NCBI GenBank assembly: GCA_964549075.1
Contig: CAZJUB010000003.1
Span: forward strand, 1 to 64,000
Source of the DNA: an uncultured archaeon
Lineage (GTDB): Archaea > Asgardarchaeota > Heimdallarchaeia > Heimdallarchaeales > Heimdallarchaeaceae
Length of the DNA stretch: 64,000 nt
Direction of reading: 5' to 3'
Shown here: in pieces, positions 9,616-17,699 of the stretch
How the letters are laid out: the number at the start of each line of letters is the position of its first letter
Position numbering within the stretch: the first letter of the stretch is position 1
Notes under the pieces: model-generated
Database searches by the model: none
What the model was told of the DNA's origin: nothing
The model's input: the letters and a program-made list of their open reading frames with translations, nothing else
Translations under genes and position numbers: made by a program

Positions 9616-10778
9616 TATAATCCCTTCTCTATCTCCTTCAAAATTTGTTCTGGAGTGTGTATTGCCCCTCCCAGTATGAATATTCCTTCAACTTCTGTTT
9701 TTCCTTGAACTGCTCTTTGTACTTCTCTTGTGACTTGACCATAGTTGATCTCTGGAACATAAATCTTCTTGACATTCTCTGCAAGTTTAGCTATTATTTC
9801 ATCGGGGAATGGCCAGATGGTTATTAATCTTAGCAAACCTACTTTGATTCCTTTCTTTCTCGCTCGATTAACTGATCCCTTAGCAGCTCTAGCACTTGAT
9901 CCAAATGAGATTAAAGCTATTTCAGCATCATCCAGCAGATATTCTTCTGTTCTGATAATTTTATTTTTGTTTAATCTAATTTTATCATTAATACGACGAA
10001 CAAGTTTATCCTGTGTTTCTGCGTTTAAAACAGGATATCCTCTTTCATCATGAGTTAAACCAGTAACCATAACGTTGTAACCTTCTCCTGCTACTGCCAT
10101 AGGTGGAATAAGGTCGTCATCTGCTTTATAAGGTAAATACTCTTCAGGAGGTACTGTGGGTTTTTTTCTATTTATTCTGTTAATTTTACTGTCATCTGGA
10201 ATAATGAGTTTCTCGCTCATATGTCCTAATGTTTCATCCATCAATAGAGTTACTGGAACTCTGTATTTTTCAGCGTAATTAAAAGCTTCAATGGTTAAAT
10301 CAAAGCATTCTTGTACAGAATTTGGACTCAATGCAATTGGTTCAAAGTCTCCATGAGAACCCCATTTTACTTGCATAACATCTTGTTGTCCTACTAATGT
10401 AGGTAGTCCTGTTGATGGACCTCCTCTTTGAACATTGATAATGACACAAGGTGTTTCTGTCATCATTCCAAGACCAATGTTTTCAACCATTAATGAATAT
10501 CCTGGACCTGATGTTGCTGTCATACTCTTAAAACCTCCCCAGGATGCTCCTAATATTCCAATAATTGATGCTAATTCATCTTCAAATTGAACAAAATGTC
10601 CATTCACTTGTGGTAAACGAACTGACATGTGTTCAGCTATCTCAGAACTTGGAGTAATTGGATATCCTCCAAAGAACTTACAGCCAACAGCTAAAGCACC
10701 TTCAGCTGCTGCAAAATTTCCAGTTGTAAAGTATACTCCTGTATCAACTTCGGGGAATTTTGATTCTTTTTTACTCAT
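9615..10778 (-). CDS. korA: 2-oxoacid:ferredoxin oxidoreductase alpha subunit
   Basis: GYPITPSSE, EDE, TATSGPG and QRGGPSTGLPT. Start moved to the ATG at 10778 (MSKKESK), which overlaps the delta-subunit stop. Confidence 0.92.
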   Translation of the reverse strand: MSKKESKFPEVDTGVYFTTGNFAAAEGALAVGCKFFGGYPITPSSEIAEHMSVRLPQVNGHFVQFEDELASIIGILGASWGGFKSMTATSGPGYSLMVENIGLGMMTETPCVIINVQRGGPSTGLPTLVGQQDVMQVKWGSHGDFEPIALSPNSVQECFDLTIEAFNYAEKYRVPVTLLMDETLGHMSEKLIIPDDSKINRINRKKPTVPPEEYLPYKADDDLIPPMAVAGEGYNVMVTGLTHDERGYPVLNAETQDKLVRRINDKIRLNKNKIIRTEEYLLDDAEIALISFGSSARAAKGSVNRARKKGIKVGLLRLITIWPFPDEIIAKLAENVKKIYVPEINYGQVTREVQRAVQGKTEVEGIFILGGAIHTPEQILKEIEKGL

Positions 10779-11088
10779 CTTTCTTACCTTCTTCTTCTGG
10801 TTTGACAACGTATATGGCAAATTCTGGACAAATAAGCTCACAAAAATGACATTCTGCACAATCATCGAAGGATTTCCCATCAATTAATTTTGGAGGATGG
10901 TAACCTTTCATATTGATCTCATCTGATTTTTCTAAAATTTGCTCGGGACAATAGATTATGCACCACTCACACTCTTTACACCTTTCTTTAATTAAGAATA
11001 CTTGAGGTGCTTTAATCTTGAATTCTTTCAAGTCTACAAAAGCTGGCCATTCTGGCTTCTTCCGTCTCTTACCTAGTGACGTATCCAT
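10771..11088 (-). CDS. korD: 2-oxoacid:ferredoxin oxidoreductase delta subunit (ferredoxin-like)
   Basis: CKECEWCIIYCP and CAECHFCELICPEFAI; first gene of the operon; likely ATG at 11088. Confidence 0.85.
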   Translation of the reverse strand: MDTSLGKRRKKPEWPAFVDLKEFKIKAPQVFLIKERCKECEWCIIYCPEQILEKSDEINMKGYHPPKLIDGKSFDDCAECHFCELICPEFAIYVVKPEEEGKKDE

Positions 11089-11132
11089 TAATACAAACCA
11101 CAATTTTAGCGCTGTGCGACGCCTATATTGTA

Positions 11133-11180
11133 CTTATATAAAGTTTTATTTGTGTCATAACCTATTTGATTAATATGACA
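11133..11180. promoter_or_regulatory. Putative TATA box plus TGTCATA-N14-TATGACA inverted repeat in the divergent korD/GTPase intergenic region
   Basis: CTTTATATAAG on the minus strand about 45 nt before korD; perfect 7-bp inverted repeat at 11153-11159 and 11174-11180. Confidence 0.4.
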
Positions 11181-11316
11181 TTAATAATATTACTAATGAT
11201 TTTTAATATTAGTCTACAGGGCGTTAAATAACCATATTTTTTACTTTTTATATCTGAATCAGATTACAGTTTAAGAAAAGTTGAAATAGTGTGATTGGGT
11301 CATTTATTTGTTGTAA

Positions 11317-11958
11317 ATGTTAACAAGAGATTTGAGTGTGACAATTTTAGGGAATACGGGAGCAGGAAAAACTACCCTTATTCGACGTCTTAAGGGAGAA
11401 AGTATTGAAGATATCAGCCCCACAACAAGTATTGAGGTACATCAAAAAACAATCAAACTTAGGAGTCAATCAATAGCTTCTGCATTGAGTTTAGAAAAAT
11501 ACAGAAGCTATAGAGTAAGAGCAATTGATTGTCCTGGTGATATGAGTCTATGGCCGTATTGGAAAAAAGCTTTAGCAGATTATAACACAAATGGAATAAT
11601 TTTCCTAATAGATCCAACTCAAGATTCGAAAGTGCAAATCGATGCTTTAACACAAGTATCGAACTATTATTTGATGACATTAGATGATGATGTTGTAAGA
11701 GCTGAAAGAAAAGCAAGAAAAGTAAAAGCAATTTTCTTCTTAGTGGTAAATAAACTTGATTTGTTAAATCATAACAAGGGTAAAGCAGATCAGCTTATAA
11801 GAACACAATATCAAACAGCATGGAACCATCTAAAAGAAAGGTATCCAAGTAGCGGTCATTATTGGGAAGCAATTTCAGCTATTGATGAATCCGAAGAAAT
11901 GTATACTAATATTGATAATATTTTCGAGACTATTAAAAGAGAAATTTATGGAGAATAA
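11317..11958 (+). CDS. Divergent Ras-superfamily small GTPase
   Basis: G1 GNTGAGKTT, G2 PTT, G3 DCPG, G4 NKLD, G5 SAI. Confidence 0.85.
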   Translation: MLTRDLSVTILGNTGAGKTTLIRRLKGESIEDISPTTSIEVHQKTIKLRSQSIASALSLEKYRSYRVRAIDCPGDMSLWPYWKKALADYNTNGIIFLIDPTQDSKVQIDALTQVSNYYLMTLDDDVVRAERKARKVKAIFFLVVNKLDLLNHNKGKADQLIRTQYQTAWNHLKERYPSSGHYWEAISAIDESEEMYTNIDNIFETIKREIYGE

Positions 11959-12032
11959 TCTTTCTCTATTTTAACTCCACTAGAAAAAAATTTATTTTAT
12001 TTTATTTATCATTTGTTTGTACTGGTGATAAT

Positions 12033-12752
12033 ATGAGTGATGCTGAAACCAAAACAGAACAGAAGAAATTTGTTCATAATTGTACTAAATGTGGTCAATG
12101 TTGTGAGAAATGGCAAGAGATTCCTATCTATATAGAAGATCTTCAACGTTGGGTATACGATGGAACCTTACAATATGCGATGCCATTCATCCAACTAGAG
12201 GAAATTCCTCCAATTTATGTTAGATTAAAGTTAAAAAAACCTGAAACTGAAAATGATCCTAATCCATCTGGTTGTCCTTTTTACGATTATAACAATAAAA
12301 TTTGCAACGTTTATTCCTCTATGCCGGTCCATTGTGCTGCATATCCTTTAGCATACAATGGAGAAAAATATTATTTAGTTGATATGGATTCTCCAGGACT
12401 TGGTCAAGGTAAAATGACTTCTGAATCTCTTAGTTTGGCAAGAAAAAGAGCAAAAGATCATTTCGAAGCTGTTACAAATTCAAGTGCACTTTTACCTTAT
12501 ATTTACACTCTAATATTAGGGGAGATAATGAGAAAAAGTCAAGAAGCAATGTCTACTTTATCTGATGAAGATAAGGAGCAACTTGAAAAACTCCTTTCTA
12601 AATCTGAAGATAAGAAGAAAGAAAAATCCTCAGAAGAGTCTTTAGATGAATCCTCAGAAGAGTCTTTAGATGAATCAACTGACGAAATAGATAAGGATCA
12701 GACTGATCAGATTGATCAGACTGAGGAAACAGATAAAAAGGAAACCACTTAA
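12033..12752 (+). CDS. YkgJ-family (CxxCxxCC) cysteine-cluster protein with acidic low-complexity tail
   Basis: CTKCGQCC...CPF...CNVY..MPVHCAAYP. Confidence 0.8.
   Translation: MSDAETKTEQKKFVHNCTKCGQCCEKWQEIPIYIEDLQRWVYDGTLQYAMPFIQLEEIPPIYVRLKLKKPETENDPNPSGCPFYDYNNKICNVYSSMPVHCAAYPLAYNGEKYYLVDMDSPGLGQGKMTSESLSLARKRAKDHFEAVTNSSALLPYIYTLILGEIMRKSQEAMSTLSDEDKEQLEKLLSKSEDKKKEKSSEESLDESSEESLDESTDEIDKDQTDQIDQTEETDKKETT
12625..12724 (+). repeat. In-frame tandem repeats: 24 bp x2 and 9 bp x3
   Basis: AATCCTCAGAAGAGTCTTTAGATG twice (12625-12672); GATCAGA(C/T)T three times (12696-12722). Confidence 0.9.
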
Positions 12753-13481
12753 TTAGTCCTTTTCTTCATCTTGACAATTAAGTGATTCTGTTTCCATTAA
12801 ATGCCCACTTTCAGATTTTGTGGAAAGATATTTAGCATTGTAAATATTAGGAGTAATTGCTATCGGTATTCGTTCTGTTACTTCGATTCCAGTATTACAT
12901 AGTTCAGTAACCTTCTTTGGATTATTTGTAATAAGCTTAAGCGATTTAATCTTCAATGCTTTTAATATATCAACTGCTATTAAATAAGAGCGCTCGTCAG
13001 CTTTAAAACCTAGTAATTCATTTGCTTCGTTAGTATTATACCCTATATCTTGTAATGTGTAAGCTTTTATATTGTTAAAAAGACCTATACCTCTCCCCTC
13101 TTGACGCAGATATATTAATAGTCCAAATTCCTGCTTAGTGAGATAATTCATCGATGCTTCTAATTGTTCTCTGCAATCGCAACGTAAAGAAGCAAATGCA
13201 TCACCTGTGAGACATTCAGAATGGATTCTAATGGGAATGTTGTCCTTACCTATTGAATCATCTCTCATTAAAATCACATGTTCTTTCTTATCTCTTAAAC
13301 TTAATAATCCAATAATATGAAATTCTCCAAATTGTGTAGGTAATTTTGCAACAGATCCAAACTGTACTAATTCTGTATCTTTAAGTTTGAGATCTTCAAG
13401 TGTCTTTCTTATCTCTCTCTCAATTTCATCTGTCAAAGTGATCATTCTCCTAGTTTTTGATTTCACTTTATTTAAATTCAA
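12753..13481 (-). CDS. ribA: GTP cyclohydrolase II
   Basis: RIHSECLTGD, LRCDC, RQEGRGIGL, DERSY and LITNNPKK. Confidence 0.92.
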   Translation of the reverse strand: MNLNKVKSKTRRMITLTDEIEREIRKTLEDLKLKDTELVQFGSVAKLPTQFGEFHIIGLLSLRDKKEHVILMRDDSIGKDNIPIRIHSECLTGDAFASLRCDCREQLEASMNYLTKQEFGLLIYLRQEGRGIGLFNNIKAYTLQDIGYNTNEANELLGFKADERSYLIAVDILKALKIKSLKLITNNPKKVTELCNTGIEVTERIPIAITPNIYNAKYLSTKSESGHLMETESLNCQDEEKD

Positions 13482-13768
13482 TAAACAATTCTAAAAGGAG
13501 GTAAATCTCCTTTTGCATTTGTCCATTTCAAATCAATATTGTAAACTCTTGCTGATGGAGGACCAATTTTTGCAAAGGAAATTAACTTGTTAAGTCTTTC
13601 TTCTGCTCCTTCTGCAATAATTTCAACTGATCCATCTAGTCTATTGCGAACAGTTCCTCTAAGCCCAAGTTTTTGTGCTATTTCCCTTATACTAACTCTG
13701 AAAAAAACACCTTGTACCATCCCAGTAACTATTATTTCAACTCTTTTCACTTCTGTTTTATCTCTCAT
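13478..13768 (-). CDS. acyP: Acylphosphatase
   Basis: GMVQGVFFR, GTVRN.LDGSVE and GPPSARV. Confidence 0.93.
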   Translation of the reverse strand: MRDKTEVKRVEIIVTGMVQGVFFRVSIREIAQKLGLRGTVRNRLDGSVEIIAEGAEERLNKLISFAKIGPPSARVYNIDLKWTNAKGDLPPFRIVY

Positions 13769-13769
13769 T

Positions 13770-14531
13770 TTATTGTCTCCTACTAATTTCAATTATTTTT
13801 TGAGTAAATACTGGTAAAGTTTCTTCACAAGGTCCAAAAATAGAATAATCACTGATAGACGAAATAGGAGTTGTCTCAATATTAAACTCTATAACTTTAA
13901 TATTATTTTTCTTAGCAAAAATAGGTAGAGATGAAACTGGAACAACAACTCCAGAAGTTCCTATTACTAACATAATTGTTGCTTCTAAAGTCCATTCTAT
14001 TGCTTTATCCCACCTTTTAGATTCTATTTGCTCTCCAAACCATACAACATCTGGACGAATTATCTGTTTTTCACAATTAGGACAATAAGGTAAATCTGAA
14101 TCTTTCAATGATTTTTCTTTAGAATCCCATCTCTCAATATAGTTACAAAGACTACATCTTGCATACCTTATTCTCCCATGTACTTCAACAATGTTCTTTG
14201 ATTCCGCAATTTCATGTAATCCATCTACATTCTGAGTGACTATCCCAATTGCCAATCCTTCTCTTTCAAGATTTGTCAAAGCTTTATGAGCTGGATTAGG
14301 TTTTGCATCTAATAAAAGCCGCATTCGTGCTCGATACCATTCCCAGACTAATCTTGGGTCTTTTTGAAAAGCATATGGTGTTGCTAAATCAGAAGCTCTA
14401 TATTGATTCCACATCCCATCTTTCCCTCTGAAAGTTGGCATTCCAGAAGCTTTTGAAATTCCTGCTCCAACAACAGAAACTATCTTAATTTCAGAAAGAG
14501 CTAATTCCTGCACAATTGAATCAATATCCAT
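13770..14531 (-). CDS. cobB: NAD-dependent protein deacylase (Sir2/CobB)
   Basis: GAGISKASGMPTFRG, TQNVDGLH, HG, two CxxC pairs, RPDVVWFGE and GTS. Confidence 0.93.
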   Translation of the reverse strand: MDIDSIVQELALSEIKIVSVVGAGISKASGMPTFRGKDGMWNQYRASDLATPYAFQKDPRLVWEWYRARMRLLLDAKPNPAHKALTNLEREGLAIGIVTQNVDGLHEIAESKNIVEVHGRIRYARCSLCNYIERWDSKEKSLKDSDLPYCPNCEKQIIRPDVVWFGEQIESKRWDKAIEWTLEATIMLVIGTSGVVVPVSSLPIFAKKNNIKVIEFNIETTPISSISDYSIFGPCEETLPVFTQKIIEISRRQ

Positions 14532-14596
14532 TACTATGAGATAGTATATACCCAAATAAAAAATTATAGTGAAGAGGTTAATAAGTTTGAAATAAA

Positions 14597-15694
14597 TTAA
14601 ATATCAAATCTTCTTTTCCTACCAGTGACTTCTTGGTATAATTTGTCTATGCTACTACTATATTCAGGATAACGTGTAAAAGCAATCTGAAATCCCATGT
14701 CAATTTCAGCTTCTTCTAAATTAGCAAATTGCTGTTTGGGATTTGTTGTTAGAGCGTAATATTGTGAAATGATACTTGTACCTGAATATCTGATTATTTT
14801 CACCACTTCACCTTCTAACTTTCTGATTGCTGTATCAATTAGTTCTTTGTGATTATACTCGCCAGATTCAGCATCATGTTGAAGTTTTTGAATGAGTTTC
14901 TTGGAGAATTCACTTTCCTCCCCACCTTTAGCTACTCCAACTGTTAAATCACAAATTACATTAGTTGGATAATTTGATAATAAATCAGGAGTAGCGAATA
15001 AAATATCGAACTGATCTGGAGGAACGTATTCTGCTGGAAACAATGAGACCAGAAGTTCTCTTCTAGGCTGGAAAGATTGCAAAGAGGATAAGAAAGGTTT
15101 GACCATTTCTTTTGAACATACAACAATAACTGGTTTTCCTATTAGAAGGGCATCAATAACTCTATCTGCCCCCTTATTAACTAATCTCATGAAGAAATAT
15201 GGTGAAGCTTCAGCTCTTACTATTTCAATTGTTTGGGCTACAGCAGTATCTTGCTTTGCTTCCATGATTGAGGTAAGATTGTCAGCCCAATTGTTTATCC
15301 TCATTTTTAGACTTTCATCCATTACATAACCTGGTTCATATAAGATTAAACCAGCTAACTGCTTAGCAATATTAGAACTATGATAATTAAAAACAGGAAC
15401 TTTTGTATAAAGTTGTGATTGAAATTCTTCTGGAATAACATAAGTTAAACATGCCATAGTAATTGGAGATCTTTTACTTTTACATGGAATACCAAAGAAG
15501 AAAGAATAAGCTACACCACCTATGTCGTGTAAGGGCATTACAGCACTTGCTTCACGCAAAATATCTGTTGCAGCTGCTCCCATAAGCATTCTAATTGAAA
15601 GTTTTTGAGCTTCTTCCTCAGAAAGATCTACATAGTGAACTGGCTTGGTTCCTACAGTATCATCGAAGACAGAAAAACAAAGTTTACTTGCCAT
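14597..15694 (-). CDS. Putative DENN-like protein (uDENN/longin N-terminus plus cDENN-like core)
   Basis: N-terminal FSVFDDTVGTKP resembles the FD/Hxx(V/L)GP strand-turn of uDENN/longin domains; central IDALLIGKPVIVV resembles the cDENN core. Confidence 0.55.
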   Translation of the reverse strand: MASKLCFSVFDDTVGTKPVHYVDLSEEEAQKLSIRMLMGAAATDILREASAVMPLHDIGGVAYSFFFGIPCKSKRSPITMACLTYVIPEEFQSQLYTKVPVFNYHSSNIAKQLAGLILYEPGYVMDESLKMRINNWADNLTSIMEAKQDTAVAQTIEIVRAEASPYFFMRLVNKGADRVIDALLIGKPVIVVCSKEMVKPFLSSLQSFQPRRELLVSLFPAEYVPPDQFDILFATPDLLSNYPTNVICDLTVGVAKGGEESEFSKKLIQKLQHDAESGEYNHKELIDTAIRKLEGEVVKIIRYSGTSIISQYYALTTNPKQQFANLEEAEIDMGFQIAFTRYPEYSSSIDKLYQEVTGRKRRFDI

Positions 15695-15848
15695 TGAATT
15701 TAAAGCTCAATTGTATCTCTTAAATTTTACCTTGAAGGAAACTAAAAGCCACTGTATAACATCTAGAATAATTTAAGAACATAATTCAAACAAACGGATG
15801 ATTTTTAAGTGTTAAAATAATGTCTGGTTTACCTATCCGGTGATATGA

Positions 15849-16169
15849 GTGGTGGAAGATGGAGTATCTTTGGAGTCTCTAGTTGAAAGACTAGGGCGTA
15901 CCAAGCGTCTTATCCTCATAGAGCTTACGAAAGGAGCAGCTGGATATAAAAAGCTATCAAAAAAACTGAAGATAGGTTTAGATACAATAAGATCGCATGT
16001 CAAGACTGGTAAGCATTCGAACTCTCTCACTCAATTAGGATTGATCGAGCAAGAGGAAAGGGGCTGGTCAATTACCGAACTAGGTAATAAGGTGTTAGAA
16101 CAATTAAGAAGAGATCCTGAATATGCGCCATTCTTTGTTGAAGCTCCTGAGACAGAGAATGACTCATAA
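15849..16169 (+). CDS. Winged-helix DNA-binding protein
   Basis: HTH-like YKKLSKKLKIGLDTIRSHV and wing LGLIEQEERGWSITELG. Confidence 0.7.
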   Translation: MVEDGVSLESLVERLGRTKRLILIELTKGAAGYKKLSKKLKIGLDTIRSHVKTGKHSNSLTQLGLIEQEERGWSITELGNKVLEQLRRDPEYAPFFVEAPETENDS

Positions 16170-16179
16170 GAAAAAGAGA

Positions 16180-16208
16180 TTCTTCTTTTTTTTCTTTTTA
16201 TTTTTTTC
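16180..16208 (+). terminator. Oligo-T archaeal terminator-like tract
   Basis: Long T-rich run right after the wHTH stop codon, between convergent genes. Confidence 0.4.
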
Positions 16209-16246
16209 AACTCTTGGCTAGATTGAGGTTCACTCTAGTCTTTAAC

Positions 16247-17602
16247 TTACTCAATACGAGAATAAAGATGATTCATCCTTTTAAACCAATCTTGATAACC
16301 TTTGGGAGAGTTAGGAAAATCAAGACAATGTTTAGCAATTTTTTTACTTGTACTAATCGCTTTTTTCATCAACAAAATTAAAGGCAACCTAGGAAAACTT
16401 CTCACTAAAAGCTCAAAATAGTTCCAGATTGTTCGTTTTTTCATAATTCCCTTTGTTGTAAGATCTGACTGTTTTACGACCTTTCGTTTCAGTAAGAATT
16501 CTAATTTTTTAGGTCCTATTCTTTCAAGAACAATTGTTAGAATTCTATTTCTTGCATGCTCAGCACCAAAACTTGAAATTATTAGAGAGTTATATTCCCA
16601 CAGCTTCTCTGTTGAAAAATCTCCTTTTTTAATTGCTTTTGCCGCTACTAAACCAGCGAAATAACCCGCTAAAAGAGCGGGTCCATGCCCTTCTGCTGTT
16701 AAAGGATTAGCATGAAACGCTGCATCTCCTGCAATCATCAAACCTGGAGCAACCGCATTCCATATAGGAGGACGAATAGAAACCACTCCTCCTCTCCCAT
16801 CAAGAGTTTTGTATGTGCCTTTAGGATAGTACTTTTCCATAGCTTTGAAATATACTTCTTTAACGCTTTTCGTTTGATTTTTACCTTCTTTAATGAAACC
16901 AGTACCACAATTTAGTTTATATTTTCCATCTGAAAAAAACCATATATAACCTGGTTCAGGTATATCTTCTTCATATTTAAGAACAATTTTCTTATCTAAA
17001 CCATGTGCTTTTTTTAGTTCTATTATTTCTCTATAACAAGAAGCATAATCTGATTTATCTAACTTTGTTAATAAAATAGGTTCAAAGTCCTCTGGTAATT
17101 TAGTTCTAATTGCTCCTCTTACCCCACTGCAATCAATCACTAGTTTAGCTAATAGTTCAATTTTTTTATCATTCTTAGTTTTAATAAGCACCCCAGAAAC
17201 TTTATTGTTTTTCAAAGTAGGTTCAAGAACTTTTGTTTCTGATAAAACTTCGACTCCAGATTTAATAGCCTCTTTTAAAAGTCTTTGACCGTATTTATGC
17301 CTATCAATCATATAACCGATGGCTGGAAGCGCTATATATTCTTCTGGTAATGAGGTTTTTAAAATAAGTTTTTCAACAGGAGCATTTATCTCAGTTCTTG
17401 ATGGTGGTTTAATTCCTAATTTATCTGAGATAAAGTGAGATGTTTCCTTAGATATTGCCTCACCGCACACTTTGTCACCAATCATCTCTTGCTTTTTCTT
17501 ATCTATGAGTAAAACATTTAGATTATTTTTACTACAGCTCAAAGCTGCTGATACACCAGCAGGTCCTCCTCCAACAACAATAACATCATATTCGTTTTTC
17601 AT
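16247..17602 (-). CDS. Geranylgeranyl reductase family FAD oxidoreductase (DGGGPL reductase-like)
   Basis: YDVIVVGGGPAG, KVCGE, GYIWFF and GDAAFHANPLTAEG. Start reassigned to MKNEYDV (17602). Confidence 0.85.
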   Translation of the reverse strand: MKNEYDVIVVGGGPAGVSAALSCSKNNLNVLLIDKKKQEMIGDKVCGEAISKETSHFISDKLGIKPPSRTEINAPVEKLILKTSLPEEYIALPAIGYMIDRHKYGQRLLKEAIKSGVEVLSETKVLEPTLKNNKVSGVLIKTKNDKKIELLAKLVIDCSGVRGAIRTKLPEDFEPILLTKLDKSDYASCYREIIELKKAHGLDKKIVLKYEEDIPEPGYIWFFSDGKYKLNCGTGFIKEGKNQTKSVKEVYFKAMEKYYPKGTYKTLDGRGGVVSIRPPIWNAVAPGLMIAGDAAFHANPLTAEGHGPALLAGYFAGLVAAKAIKKGDFSTEKLWEYNSLIISSFGAEHARNRILTIVLERIGPKKLEFLLKRKVVKQSDLTTKGIMKKRTIWNYFELLVRSFPRLPLILLMKKAISTSKKIAKHCLDFPNSPKGYQDWFKRMNHLYSRIE

Positions 17603-17699
17603 AGATAGTGGAACATTTGTAAGGTTGTAAATAAATTCTCTGGAAAAAGATATTCTGCAATAAGTAATAAGCATTAAATACTTAATTCTAAAAAATAGA

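Noticed and set aside
10779-10883. ORF-track N-terminal extension of korA
   Set aside because: Overlaps korD in another frame; homology starts at MSKKESK.
12625-12724. Possible CRISPR array
   Set aside because: The repeats are contiguous, in frame and have no spacers; no cas genes or spaced repeats were seen anywhere in the window.
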